A stretch of DNA of 64,000 bases. It comes from a virus. Positions 1 to 10,921 of this stretch are shown piece after piece (within the stretch, counting starts at the first letter, position 1; the number at the start of each line of letters is the position of its first letter). The stretch spans positions 32,001 through 96,000 of the IMG/VR virus record IMGVR_UViG_3300030085_004590; one strand, written 5' to 3'. Position numbers and translations under genes: made by a program. Below the pieces are notes generated by a model. It was not told the origin of the DNA and made no database searches. It was given only the letters and a program-made list of their open reading frames with translations.

Positions 1-1449
1 GATTTTACTCAAAAACTAGCTGACATCGACATTGATTTAAAATCTGATAAAAACGAATATAAACTTTTAGAGATGTCCCAAAAGGCATTAAAAGAGGAAG
101 AAGAACTTTTGAATAAAAAGATTATATCTCTCAATGAAAAAATAGTAAAGTTAAATGCCGATAGTGGAGTATCGATTCAAGAGTTGGAAAAGAGATTGGG
201 CATCCTCGAAAAGAAAAAAGAAGATATAAAAAAACAAAAGGAATCTATTCAAAATAGAATCACTCATAGAGAAGAATTACAAATTGAATTAGATGAAATA
301 TTAGATAAGTTTGATGAAGAAGATTTAGAAGAGGGAATTACTAAACTAAAATTATCAAAAAGAAAATTAGAACAAATTGATTTAGAGATTGAAAAAATCA
401 ATATCAAAAAAGATTCTTTATTTGAAAGGAAAGAACATTTGGATTCACACAAGTATAATGAAGAATGTGATATTTGTATGGAAAACTCAAAGTCAATTTT
501 AGATACGAAAGTAAAAGTAGAAAATGAAATAAAAGATAATAAAGAAAGTTTACAAGAGTTTGAAAAACAAAAACTAGATTTAAATATTGAAATAGATTCT
601 CTTAAGGGATATGAAAAGGAATGGAGTAATTTTCAAGAAGCACAAGAAAAGGAAGATAAGATTGATAGAGAAATATCTCAACTTATTAACAAGTTATCAA
701 CAACAGAAACAGAAGAAATTCGTTTAGATACACAAGTTGCACAACAAGAACAACTTATTAAGGAGTATTACAAGAACGAAAAACAGATTAATAAGAACAA
801 AGAAATAAGAGATGAGATTGGAGGAGTAAGAGAAAAACAAACTTCAGTTAAGGATGAATTGAAAACAATAAATTCAGATGTTCTTAAATTAAATGGTAAA
901 ATATCTGCACTTCAAAATCAAAAAGAAACAATAGAAGATAGAATACAAGAAGTTAAAGATTTAGAAGAACAATCTAAGTTATTTGATTTCTATCTAAATG
1001 CATTATCAAAGGATGGTGTATCTTATGAACTGATTGAAAAGGCATTACCAATGATTGAAGGTGAGGTAAACAATATCCTTGCACAAATAGTAGAGTTTGG
1101 AATGCAGTTAGAGATTGATGGTAAAAACATCAATGCATATCTTGTATATGGAGACCAAAGATGGAGTTTGGAAATGTGTAGTGGTATGGAAAGGTTTATT
1201 AGTGGTTTAGCAATTAGAGTTGCTCTAATCAATGTATGTAACCTACCAAGACCTAATTTCCTTGTAATAGATGAAGGATTCGGTACATTAGATAGTGAAA
1301 ACCTACAATCTCTATTTATGTTGTTTACATACCTAAAAACTCAGTTTGATTTCGTAATGGTAATATCACATATCGATTCAATGAGAGATGTTGTAGATGG
1401 TCTTATAGAGATTAAAAAAGAAAAAGGATTTTCCCAAGTAAAATTTTAA
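1..1449 (+). CDS. SbcC/Rad50-like recombination ATPase (T4 gp46-like), 5'-truncated by window edge
   Basis: Frame open from base 1. Long coiled coil with CDIC zinc hook, ABC signature CSGMERF, Walker B/D-loop VIDEGFGTLD, H-loop ISH. Confidence 0.92.
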   Translation, partial: DFTQKLADIDIDLKSDKNEYKLLEMSQKALKEEEELLNKKIISLNEKIVKLNADSGVSIQELEKRLGILEKKKEDIKKQKESIQNRITHREELQIELDEILDKFDEEDLEEGITKLKLSKRKLEQIDLEIEKINIKKDSLFERKEHLDSHKYNEECDICMENSKSILDTKVKVENEIKDNKESLQEFEKQKLDLNIEIDSLKGYEKEWSNFQEAQEKEDKIDREISQLINKLSTTETEEIRLDTQVAQQEQLIKEYYKNEKQINKNKEIRDEIGGVREKQTSVKDELKTINSDVLKLNGKISALQNQKETIEDRIQEVKDLEEQSKLFDFYLNALSKDGVSYELIEKALPMIEGEVNNILAQIVEFGMQLEIDGKNINAYLVYGDQRWSLEMCSGMERFISGLAIRVALINVCNLPRPNFLVIDEGFGTLDSENLQSLFMLFTYLKTQFDFVMVISHIDSMRDVVDGLIEIKKEKGFSQVKF

Positions 1450-1450
1450 T

Positions 1451-2332
1451 ATGAGAATAGTAGTAACAGGTGGTTTAGGATTTATTGGTTCATCATTCGT
1501 GGATTTGTGTGTTAGTAAAGGTATTGAAGTTTTAGTTATTGATAAAATGACATACGCATCAAACGAGGATTGGTTACCAATTGATACTGAATTATTAGTA
1601 AGTGATATATGTGATGTAACTGAAGAAGATTTAGGTGAATATGATTACCTTGTAAACTTTGCAGCAGAATCTCATGTAGATAGAAGTATCAAAGATGGGT
1701 TACCATTTGTAAAATCAAACATACAAGGAACATATAATCTTTTAGAACTTGCAAGAAAAAATCCTAAATTAAAAAAGTTTGTACAAATCAGTACCGATGA
1801 AGTTTATGGTGATTTAGAATTTCTATTTGTTGATGAAGTAGATGAAACTCACGAATTAAAACCATCATCTTATTATTCATCAACCAAAGCATCCGCAGAT
1901 TTAATTGTACAAAGTTGTGGACACACTTATGGTCTACCTTATCTTATAACAAGAACTTGTAACAACTTTGGAATCAGGCAACATAGTGAAAAATTTATTC
2001 CTACGATTATTGATTGTATAAAAAACAAAAAAGAAATACCAATGTATGGAGATGGAAAACAAGTTAGAGAATGGATTTGGGTAGAAGATAATGTTAGACA
2101 GGTATTGAGGTATATGTTAGATACAGATGAAGGAATCCGAAATATCGGTTCTAAGGAACGATTAACTAATAAACATATAATCCAACAAGTAGGAGAAATT
2201 CTTAATATAGAACCTCTTATAACATCAGTAGAGGATAGATTAGGACATGATAGAAGATATGGATTAAAAACAAACTACAAAGAAACACCAATAACTAAAA
2301 CTTTATTTGAATATGTTAGTGAAATTAAATGA
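1451..2332 (+). CDS. rmlB: dTDP-glucose 4,6-dehydratase
   Basis: GGLGFIG Rossmann motif, NFAAESHVDRSI, STDEVYG, YSSTK, DRLGHDRRY. Confidence 0.92.
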   Translation: MRIVVTGGLGFIGSSFVDLCVSKGIEVLVIDKMTYASNEDWLPIDTELLVSDICDVTEEDLGEYDYLVNFAAESHVDRSIKDGLPFVKSNIQGTYNLLELARKNPKLKKFVQISTDEVYGDLEFLFVDEVDETHELKPSSYYSSTKASADLIVQSCGHTYGLPYLITRTCNNFGIRQHSEKFIPTIIDCIKNKKEIPMYGDGKQVREWIWVEDNVRQVLRYMLDTDEGIRNIGSKERLTNKHIIQQVGEILNIEPLITSVEDRLGHDRRYGLKTNYKETPITKTLFEYVSEIK

Positions 2333-2759
2333 ATTCCAAGATGATAGGGGTTCTCTTACTTGTATAGATACAAAAAAATGGGACCAAGTTAATATAAGTA
2401 AAAATTTAAAAGAATTTACTTTTCGAGGAATGCACTATCAAAACAATCCTAGGCAAGAAAAACAAATAATTGTAACCAAAGGAAAGATAATTGATTTTAT
2501 TTATAATTTAAAAACTAAAACATTAGAAGCGTATTATTTAAATGAAGGTGAATGTGTTTGGGTAAATAAATATTCTGCACATGGATTCCTAACATTAGAA
2601 GATGATACAACAGTAACTTATTTAGTAAAAGGAAAATACAACCCTAAAGAAGAAAAATCCATTGTTTGGAAAGATATCCCTCATTTAAAAACAATAATAT
2701 TATCTCAATGCAAAGATAAAGATTTAATAATATCTAAAAAAGATAGTGAGGGAAAGTGA
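2313..2759 (+). CDS. rmlC: dTDP-4-dehydrorhamnose 3,5-epimerase family (cupin)
   Basis: DDRG, FRGMHYQ, AHGFLTL motifs; follows rmlB. ATG at 2313 preferred over the track's TTG at 2307. Confidence 0.85.
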   Translation: MLVKLNEFQDDRGSLTCIDTKKWDQVNISKNLKEFTFRGMHYQNNPRQEKQIIVTKGKIIDFIYNLKTKTLEAYYLNEGECVWVNKYSAHGFLTLEDDTTVTYLVKGKYNPKEEKSIVWKDIPHLKTIILSQCKDKDLIISKKDSEGK

Positions 2760-3394
2760 AAAAAGTTTTCTTAAATAAAAATTTATTAGAAGGTACTTTA
2801 CCTATCTACTACAAAGATGGTCAAAATGGTGGTGGTATAATGTGGGTAGATGAGATGAAAGATTATACTTTTCCAAAAATGAATAAAGTTATGGAAATGT
2901 GTAGTGGACCAGGATTTATGGGCTTTTACTTACATAACAAATATAAAACAGAAAAATTAATTCTTGTAGATATTCACAAACCCCTCGAAGAATCAATCAA
3001 TAAAACTAATAAAGAAAATAATTTAAATGCTGAATTTTATCTAAGTGATGCATTTGAACAATATGATGGTGATAAAGTAGATTTTATAGTTTCAAATCCA
3101 CCTCACATAACTTCAGAAAAAGATTTACAAGTATTTTACGATTCAGATAATAATATTGATTCTGATAAAAAAAGAATATTATTTGATAAAGATTTTGAAT
3201 TTCACAAAAAGTTTCTTGGTAAATTAGATAATTATCTTACAAGTGGTGGTTATTTATTTTTACTTGAAAATTCAAATTCAATACCAGTCAGTAAGATATT
3301 AGAATTAAACTCAAAACTTGTACTTAAGGAAATCATTCATCACAAAAGTTTTCCTAATGTTTACTCCGCACTATTTCAATTACTTAACTCGTAA
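2756..3394 (+). CDS. Class I SAM-dependent methyltransferase (HemK/MTS-like, NPPH motif)
   Basis: EMCSGPG motif I, LVDI, DFIVSNPPH. Confidence 0.8.
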   Translation: MKKVFLNKNLLEGTLPIYYKDGQNGGGIMWVDEMKDYTFPKMNKVMEMCSGPGFMGFYLHNKYKTEKLILVDIHKPLEESINKTNKENNLNAEFYLSDAFEQYDGDKVDFIVSNPPHITSEKDLQVFYDSDNNIDSDKKRILFDKDFEFHKKFLGKLDNYLTSGGYLFLLENSNSIPVSKILELNSKLVLKEIIHHKSFPNVYSALFQLLNS

Positions 3395-3538
3395 AACATT
3401 AGTTGGTTTGGGTTTGTTAATTTTTTGTTTAATTAACCTTTCTATCAATCCACTTTTGGTATATCCATACTCACAGCAGTAATCATGCAATTCCCTATAT
3501 AATTCTCTTTTAATTTGTATTGTAGTATATTTTCCCAT
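3380..3538 (-). CDS. Small ribbon-helix-helix DNA-binding protein (52 aa, absent from ORF track)
   Basis: Hand translation MGKYTTIQIKRELYRELHDYCCEYGYTKSGLIERLIKQKINKPKPTNVLRVK: alternating beta strand, helix, G-x-T-x-S turn, helix. Fills the gap before the tail gene. Confidence 0.65.
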   Translation of the reverse strand: MGKYTTIQIKRELYRELHDYCCEYGYTKSGLIERLIKQKINKPKPTNVLRVK

Positions 3539-3585
3539 AATATATAGATTTCTATATAATATATATTTAATTATTATTTTTGAAG

Positions 3586-3594
3586 ATATTTATA
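3586..3594 (+). promoter_or_regulatory. ATATTTATA putative late-promoter motif
   Basis: Recurring intergenic 9-mer, 16 nt before the tail fibre ATG. Confidence 0.65.
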
Positions 3595-3610
3595 TCATAT
3601 AGGTAAATTT

Positions 3611-6600
3611 ATGGCAATTATAAAATCATTCGCACCGTTTCAGAATTTAACGAACTTCGAAGTGTTCGAAGTAGATAATTCGCCTAATTCTGAGTATTTT
3701 AGAATTACAGAACTAAACGAAACTCTTACTGGTGGTAAAAATGCATTTTTAATTGAAGGTTCAGAACATCTTAAAGAAACAACTGAAGTAAAAATTGAAA
3801 TACTTGATGTTGAAGGAAATCCTATTTATTTTGAACCAGGTAAGGGTACACCAGATTACTACGAAGGAAACTCTACTTTAGTTTCAATGCATGTTTATGA
3901 TGATACACCAATTGGTATCGGTAAAATTACTATACTTGGTGAACTAAAAACATTTGTTGGTGAAGATACAATAACAGATGTTCCTTTAGATTGGCAAGGT
4001 ATTTACAATGTTAAGTGGGAAAGAGATATTCAAATTAATAAAACTCTTGCAAACGAAACTATTGTAAGATTTTATAAAAGACCAATAATTAATATATCTG
4101 AAATTGTAAAACCAATTTTTAATAAAACAATAAACGATTCAGAGGCTACAGGTAGTATCAATGGATTTCCTTTACAACCATCGGCAGGTCAAAGACTATC
4201 AGAATGGAGAGCAGGTACAAATTATTTATTACAAAGAACTTCTGGTACATGGGATGTTGATGTTGATGGTAATAGAATAACAATTACATCTGGTTCAAGT
4301 ACTAATATTGTACATAGTGGAGATATTTTAGAAGTTCTAAGTGATACTGATTTAATAATTGATTCACCTTATGTTGATTCCAATGGTGATGTTACAAATT
4401 TTTCAAATTTTACTGGTTCTGTTGCATACCAAGATATACAAAATGAAACAATAGGAGAAACTTCTATAACAGGTTCTTTTGCAAAAATTGATATCACCCA
4501 ACTAAAAACATTTGTTGGTGATGTTGCAAGAGTAAAGATATTTAGAAAATCAAGAAACGCAGTTGGTGATTTTGCGTTTGTACAAGAAGCAAAATTAGAA
4601 TCACAAGAATTATTAAGAGATGTAACAACTGCAGCAAATACAGAAGTATTCTTCGGTAAGTTTACAGATGATGTACTTTCAAATTATTGGATTAGTTCAT
4701 CTAATGACCACCCAATTACAACAGATTCATCCCAATTATCAAGAGCAGCACATATTGATTATAATAATAGTGCAGGTGGTACTCAACAACTAATTACATC
4801 TCAGTCCATAACTATATCTAAAGATGTAGAATATACTTTAAAATTTAAAACTCTTGTAAGTGGTTCGGTTGATACTGATAAAAGTATTAGAGCATTTTTA
4901 AGTTCTTCTGATTTTACACAAGATTTCTTAACTGTAAGTGGTTCAAGTATATTTCAATCTAAACAAGATATAGAACAAAATATTATTGCTGAAAATAGTG
5001 GAAGTGCAAAATTAGTACTTGAAGTTACTGGTGATGATTGGTATATATCAAATGTTTCTCTTAGAAACGCACAAGATACTTCATTCTCACCAGATGAATT
5101 TACAATCATACAAGATATACCAAGAAAAACTGCAACTGAAACATTTGATTTTAGATTTGAGTTTTATGATGTCAATAATAACTTCATACCTGTAAATGTA
5201 ACTGCAACAAAAGAATTTGATGGTGGTAATGATTTCCCAACAAGTGGTAAATTATTTACTTTTGAATCAGATAGAAATGCATTCAGATTTTCAAGTGGTT
5301 CAATTGGTAATCCACCATTTCAACAAATACAATTTAAAACATCACAAAATAATCTCACAGGTTCAGTAACTTATGCATCTGCAGCATTTGATGTGGATGG
5401 AACTTATATAGACCCAAGTTCATATACTGGAACTTATCCAGGTACACTTACAAGTGTAACACCTGCGGGTTCAATTATAACAATAGCAAACTTTAGTGGT
5501 AGTGATAATACAGTTACAGTTGGTTCAATTGTTTATACCGCATCTTTGGATTCTTTGCAAGAATTTGAAACTATATTTAGATTAGAAGATGGAGATAATG
5601 CACCACAATTAGTAGTAACATCTGATGCAAACCAATTTATTTATGAACCAACAACTCTTTCACCAAAACCAAGTTCTCAATCTATAACTGTTAGGGCACA
5701 AAGAAAAAACTTGGCATCTTTAGTTACACCAATTACAATCAATAGTGGTAGTAACAAACCTGGCCTAACATATGTTGATACTTCAAATGGAATTGATACC
5801 TACACAATTTCAGCAACAGCATTTTCTGAATCCTTTGCATCAAATGATTTTGATTCAGTAACTTATCAATTCACAGGTTCAGATGTTTTTGGAAACGAAC
5901 AATCAGATGAAATTACATTATCGAAAGTAATTAACTTTGATGCGGTTTCTATCATTCTAACAAATGAAGCAACTTCGTTTCAAGCAAAATCAACTGGTGA
6001 AATATTAGGTGGATTGGTTCCATCAAGTGGTTCAGTACAGATGTTTATTGGAAAAAATCAAATTTCACATGATGATGAAAGTGGTGGTAGAAATAAAAAT
6101 ACATTTAATATTACATCTTCAGTTGGTGATAATGTAACTCCGACAGATACAACCCCAAATACTGCTGATTATTCTATATCAGCATTTGAAACTGCAAAAG
6201 ATAGTGGTTCATTAACATTAACAATAGATTATCTTGCAGGTGATAATACTACAACTCAATCATTTGAAAAAGTTGTATCATATACAAAAGCGAAAAAAGC
6301 AGTACCAACTGTTTTAACAAAAGTATCACCTTCAACACAAACGATTAATTCGAGTTCATTAGGATATGAAACTCCACAAACAATGGAAGTAGTTATTCAA
6401 GAGGGTGGAGATGAATATACATTTGATGGAAGTTTATCTGGTGGTGGTGATTCAAATGCACAGAAATTTAATATTACAGGTTTATTTGTAGATTCTGGTT
6501 CAATCAGTAATTCAAATGAAATTTTAACATTCGGTTCACTAACATCATCTTTTAATAGTATGATTGGTTCCGCCTCATTAGCATATGTAGATTCTGAAGG

Positions 6601-9600
6601 AACATATGTGACTGGTAAAAAAGTAAGATTCGATTTATCAGTTTCTAAGATTGGTGTTGATGGTGTAAATGGTGCAAGTGGTTCAAATGCAAGAGCAGTA
6701 TCTCTTTCATCAGATAAATACGCAATAGTATATGATGGTGATGGTAATCTACATCCATCAAATCAAAACTTTACACTTAGTGGTTCCGCACAAAACTTTA
6801 ACACACCTGAATTCCAATTCTTAAGTGGTGGAGCAGTAATACACGATTTCGCAACTACTTCTGAAGTTGTAATATCATCTTCTGGTTATCCATCCGCTGG
6901 AACTTCAATTATTTATGAAGTAAGAACAAGAGAACAAGGTGGTTCTTATGAAGGTGTGTTTGATAATATAGATGTGTTTGCAGTTCAATCGGGTTCGGAT
7001 GCATTTACAGTATTTTTGACTAATGAAGCTCATGTATTCTCTGCAACATCAGAATCAACAGTAACAAGTGATTTAGAAGGTGGTTCTTTTGAAGTAAGAT
7101 TTTTTAGAGGAGCAGAACAATACAATTTTGGTACATCTGGTAAATCATATGGTGTGTCTGCAACATCATCGAGTATTGAACTAGCACAATCAACAAATAG
7201 TAATCAAAGAAAATTTACTCCAACATCTATAAGTGGAGATAGTGGTAGTGCATCAATTACAATTACAGATAATAATACATCTCAAACATTTGATAAACAA
7301 TATTCATTTACATTATCAAAAGAAGGATTAGTTGGTGAAAGAGGTGCAGATGGTGCAAATGGAGCAAGTGGTTCTAACGCAAAAGCAGTATCACTATCAT
7401 CTACAAAATATGCAGTTGTTTATGATGGTGACGGAAATTTATTTCCAGCAAATCAAAATTTTAATCTATCAGGTTCTGCTCAAAACTTTTCTAATCCAGA
7501 ATTTCAATTTTTAAGTGGTAGTGATGTTCTACATGATTTTGCTTCAACATCTGAAGTAACTATTTCAAGTTCAGGCTATCCTCTTGCAGGGGGTTCCACT
7601 TTGTATGAAGTACGAGTAAGAGAAAATGGTGGTACATATGATGGAGTATTTGATAATATTGATGTATTCGGAGTACAATCTGGTTCAGCTGCATTTACAA
7701 CTTTCTTAACAAATGAAGCTCATGTATTTTCAGCACAATCAACTGGTGAGGTAACTTCAACATTTTCAGATGGTAATTTTGAAACAAGATTTTTTAGAGG
7801 TTCAACACAATTTACTTATGATGGTTCTTCACCATATGCTGATAATTCATATAGGTTAGCAAATGTTACTGAAACAAACATTACTTCATCTCAATCTACA
7901 AATAGTAATCAAAGATTATTTACAATTACTGGTATAAACTCAGGTTCGGATAATGGAACAATTACACTTGATTTAATAGATAACAATACAGGTACAACTT
8001 TTGAAAAAACTTATACATTTAGTAAATCTAAAAAAGGTGTACCAGTAACTACATTATCAGCTTCACCACAAGCACAATCAGTAACAAGTGGTTCAGGTGG
8101 TATAGGAACTCCAACTAATGTAACTATTGTAGCAAACGAAGGTGGTAGTGATTACACATACACAACTGGTACAGTAACTGCAAATAAATTTAAAATTACT
8201 GGTGTAACAAATGGTACTAATAATAATGATGGAACAATTACACCAGATACACCAACTAATTCAACGGCAGTTGAAGGTGGTGTTACTGCAAGTTATACAA
8301 ATTCAGAAGGAACAGAATTTACAGGCAAAACAATCCCATTTAGTGTTGGTGTTACTGGTTTAGGTGATGTTGGTCCGGCTGGTTCAGCAGGAACAGATGC
8401 ACTAGCGATTAAATTAACTGCATCACAATATGTTGTGTTATATGATGGTGCTGGAAGTAAAACAGCTGTAGCAATTATTTTGACCGGTACTGCTCAGAAT
8501 TTTACATCACCTGAATATAGATTTTTAGAGAATGGTGTAGAAAGACAAACTTGGGGTTCAACAAATACATACACGATACCAGATTCACAAGAAGCAGCTG
8601 CAAACTCAGCAGACCTTTGGAAAGTTGAAGTAAGAGAAGGTTCAAGTGGTACTTATGATGCATTTGATGAAACAAACATCTATGGTGTACAAGATGGTAC
8701 TGATGGTACTCCTGGTGCTGATGCATATACTGTTCTTTTAACAAATGAAGCTCATACACTTCCAACTACAAATGCTGGTACCGTAACTTATACTGGTTCA
8801 GGTACCTCTGTTATTGTTTATAAAGGTACAACTGAATTGGATGGTGTAACAAGTGGTACACCAGGTAGTGGTGAATTTAAAGTAACTGCAACCGCAACAA
8901 ATATTACTGCAGGTTCACAAACATCAACTGGTAATCCTGTCGTGTTTGCAAATGCAAGTTCAATTTCTGCAGATACCGCACAGATATCATTTAGTATTAA
9001 TATAGAAAATAGTGTAACAGTTACCAAAATACAAAGTTTCGGTAAATCAATACAAGGTGATGATGGTACTCCAGGTGCCTCAGGTAAAAGAACTGGAACT
9101 GGTATGGTTCATTACAATGCTGCATCCTCTACTCAACCAAGTAGTCCTGATGATGGTTCTACAACCTTTACATTCAGTACTGGTGTAATGAGTGGTATGA
9201 CAAGTGGTTGGCAAATGGGTGCACCTACATACCAATCTGGTAACACTAACAAATATTGGTATGCAACATTTACCGCAGAAGAAGATACTGCTGGTGGTGG
9301 TACTTCTACAAATTCAAATAATGATTTTGGTACAGTAACACAAGCAATTGGATTTAGTGGTTTAGTTTCCTTTACTTCTGCAAATAATGTATCAGATGGT
9401 TCTAACACATTATCATTTGGTGCTGCAGGTTCAACTTTGATTAATGGTGATAATATTTCTACTGGTCGAATTATATCAACAAACTATGTAACTGGTTCTG
9501 GTGATGGATTTACCACAACTGGTGTTGAATTCGATTTAGATAATAACAACTTTGCAGCAGAAGAATTTTTTATTAGTCAAGGAAATGCTAACTTTAGTGG

Positions 9601-10921
9601 TAGTATTGCTGGTGGTAATATTTCAATCGGTGATGGTGCTTTTACAGTTACTAATCAAGGTGTACTTAATGCTCAAAGTGCAGTAATTAGTGGTTCAATA
9701 TTTTCTGAAGGTGGAACGATTGGTGGTTTTTCAATTTTTGAAAGAGAATTATCAAATACAGATAGAACCATACAATTAATTTCAACTACTGACCCTGTCA
9801 TAAAACTACAAGATAGTTCAAACCAAGATAAAATTGTTTTAAGTACAGAATCTCAGTTAACACCAGTTGGGGGAACATTCTCTGGTGTTACTCTTGGTAT
9901 AAATGGAACAACTCAGAATAGTTATTCTAATTTAATATCACAAAATGGTAGTAGTCTTGGACATACCAATTCTACTTTATTAGTAAGTACAGGTACTGCA
10001 ACTCGTTTTCCATCTAGTGGTAATATACCTTCCGCAGCAGATGGTTTAACTTTAACCGCAGCTATTGCAATTGATGAACATAGTTCCTTAAACCCAATAG
10101 GAAAAGCAACCTATACACCGGCACCTGGTTATTATTTTACTGGTGGTAATTTAAGTATTAACTATGGTGTTAAAGTATATAAAAATGGTTCAACTTTATT
10201 ACAAACAGTTACAAAATTTCAATCAATAAATGTAGCACCAGGTAGTTATGGTTCTACTGAACTCAAAACAAGTGCTGGTTCCGAAACTTGTAACTTCTCA
10301 TTTGCAGTAGAATCAGGTGCGTATTATGAATTTAAAACCTTCGTTTCTTATGTATCTACATATGGTACATTTACAACAAGTTATTTTAATTCTCATACTC
10401 TTAGAACAACGACAAAGACACCAGAAATACAAACTTCAGGTACGAGTGCAACTTTATCAGCAGCTGGTTCAGTTTCATTCGCAGAAATAAACCAAGGTGG
10501 TCTACAAGTAATTACATCAGCAACACAACTTATTAGGTCTGATTTTAATTCACTTGATGCCTTATCAGTTACAGGTTCTATTTCTGCAACTGGTAATATT
10601 ACCGCTTTTGCTTCATCAGATGAAAGATTAAAAACAAATATACTTCCTATTGTACAACCCTTAGAAAAAATAAATAAAATTAGTGGAGTAGAATTTGATT
10701 GGGTTGAAGGATTTGAAGAGATTCATCACTTTGAAGGTCATGATGTTGGAGTAATTGCTCAACAAGTACAACCAATCTTACCTGAGATTACAAGATTAAA
10801 TAAAGTAAATGGATATTGGGGAGTAAAATATGAAAAACTTACACCACTATTAATCGAAGGAATCAAAGAACTTTCTAAAAAAGTTGAAGAACTAGAAAAC
10901 AAATTAAAAGATAAAGAATAA
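3611..10921 (+). CDS. Large tail fibre/baseplate-associated protein with internal repeats and C-terminal intramolecular chaperone (peptidase S74)
   Basis: 2436 aa, Ser/Thr/Gly-rich; repeated LTNEAH modules with short G-x-x-G linkers; C-terminal SSDERLKTNI...GVIAQ...coiled coil. Confidence 0.85.
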   Translation: MAIIKSFAPFQNLTNFEVFEVDNSPNSEYFRITELNETLTGGKNAFLIEGSEHLKETTEVKIEILDVEGNPIYFEPGKGTPDYYEGNSTLVSMHVYDDTPIGIGKITILGELKTFVGEDTITDVPLDWQGIYNVKWERDIQINKTLANETIVRFYKRPIINISEIVKPIFNKTINDSEATGSINGFPLQPSAGQRLSEWRAGTNYLLQRTSGTWDVDVDGNRITITSGSSTNIVHSGDILEVLSDTDLIIDSPYVDSNGDVTNFSNFTGSVAYQDIQNETIGETSITGSFAKIDITQLKTFVGDVARVKIFRKSRNAVGDFAFVQEAKLESQELLRDVTTAANTEVFFGKFTDDVLSNYWISSSNDHPITTDSSQLSRAAHIDYNNSAGGTQQLITSQSITISKDVEYTLKFKTLVSGSVDTDKSIRAFLSSSDFTQDFLTVSGSSIFQSKQDIEQNIIAENSGSAKLVLEVTGDDWYISNVSLRNAQDTSFSPDEFTIIQDIPRKTATETFDFRFEFYDVNNNFIPVNVTATKEFDGGNDFPTSGKLFTFESDRNAFRFSSGSIGNPPFQQIQFKTSQNNLTGSVTYASAAFDVDGTYIDPSSYTGTYPGTLTSVTPAGSIITIANFSGSDNTVTVGSIVYTASLDSLQEFETIFRLEDGDNAPQLVVTSDANQFIYEPTTLSPKPSSQSITVRAQRKNLASLVTPITINSGSNKPGLTYVDTSNGIDTYTISATAFSESFASNDFDSVTYQFTGSDVFGNEQSDEITLSKVINFDAVSIILTNEATSFQAKSTGEILGGLVPSSGSVQMFIGKNQISHDDESGGRNKNTFNITSSVGDNVTPTDTTPNTADYSISAFETAKDSGSLTLTIDYLAGDNTTTQSFEKVVSYTKAKKAVPTVLTKVSPSTQTINSSSLGYETPQTMEVVIQEGGDEYTFDGSLSGGGDSNAQKFNITGLFVDSGSISNSNEILTFGSLTSSFNSMIGSASLAYVDSEGTYVTGKKVRFDLSVSKIGVDGVNGASGSNARAVSLSSDKYAIVYDGDGNLHPSNQNFTLSGSAQNFNTPEFQFLSGGAVIHDFATTSEVVISSSGYPSAGTSIIYEVRTREQGGSYEGVFDNIDVFAVQSGSDAFTVFLTNEAHVFSATSESTVTSDLEGGSFEVRFFRGAEQYNFGTSGKSYGVSATSSSIELAQSTNSNQRKFTPTSISGDSGSASITITDNNTSQTFDKQYSFTLSKEGLVGERGADGANGASGSNAKAVSLSSTKYAVVYDGDGNLFPANQNFNLSGSAQNFSNPEFQFLSGSDVLHDFASTSEVTISSSGYPLAGGSTLYEVRVRENGGTYDGVFDNIDVFGVQSGSAAFTTFLTNEAHVFSAQSTGEVTSTFSDGNFETRFFRGSTQFTYDGSSPYADNSYRLANVTETNITSSQSTNSNQRLFTITGINSGSDNGTITLDLIDNNTGTTFEKTYTFSKSKKGVPVTTLSASPQAQSVTSGSGGIGTPTNVTIVANEGGSDYTYTTGTVTANKFKITGVTNGTNNNDGTITPDTPTNSTAVEGGVTASYTNSEGTEFTGKTIPFSVGVTGLGDVGPAGSAGTDALAIKLTASQYVVLYDGAGSKTAVAIILTGTAQNFTSPEYRFLENGVERQTWGSTNTYTIPDSQEAAANSADLWKVEVREGSSGTYDAFDETNIYGVQDGTDGTPGADAYTVLLTNEAHTLPTTNAGTVTYTGSGTSVIVYKGTTELDGVTSGTPGSGEFKVTATATNITAGSQTSTGNPVVFANASSISADTAQISFSINIENSVTVTKIQSFGKSIQGDDGTPGASGKRTGTGMVHYNAASSTQPSSPDDGSTTFTFSTGVMSGMTSGWQMGAPTYQSGNTNKYWYATFTAEEDTAGGGTSTNSNNDFGTVTQAIGFSGLVSFTSANNVSDGSNTLSFGAAGSTLINGDNISTGRIISTNYVTGSGDGFTTTGVEFDLDNNNFAAEEFFISQGNANFSGSIAGGNISIGDGAFTVTNQGVLNAQSAVISGSIFSEGGTIGGFSIFERELSNTDRTIQLISTTDPVIKLQDSSNQDKIVLSTESQLTPVGGTFSGVTLGINGTTQNSYSNLISQNGSSLGHTNSTLLVSTGTATRFPSSGNIPSAADGLTLTAAIAIDEHSSLNPIGKATYTPAPGYYFTGGNLSINYGVKVYKNGSTLLQTVTKFQSINVAPGSYGSTELKTSAGSETCNFSFAVESGAYYEFKTFVSYVSTYGTFTTSYFNSHTLRTTTKTPEIQTSGTSATLSAAGSVSFAEINQGGLQVITSATQLIRSDFNSLDALSVTGSISATGNITAFASSDERLKTNILPIVQPLEKINKISGVEFDWVEGFEEIHHFEGHDVGVIAQQVQPILPEITRLNKVNGYWGVKYEKLTPLLIEGIKELSKKVEELENKLKDKE
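6658..9070 (+). repeat. Three ~230-aa internal repeat modules in the tail fibre gene (boundaries approximate)
   Basis: GASGSNA(R/K)AVSLSSxKYAxVYDGDGNL...FDNIDVF...FLTNEAHVF repeated 690 nt apart (aatgaagctcatgtatt at ~7022 and ~7712). A third, diverged copy starts near 8380. Confidence 0.85.
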
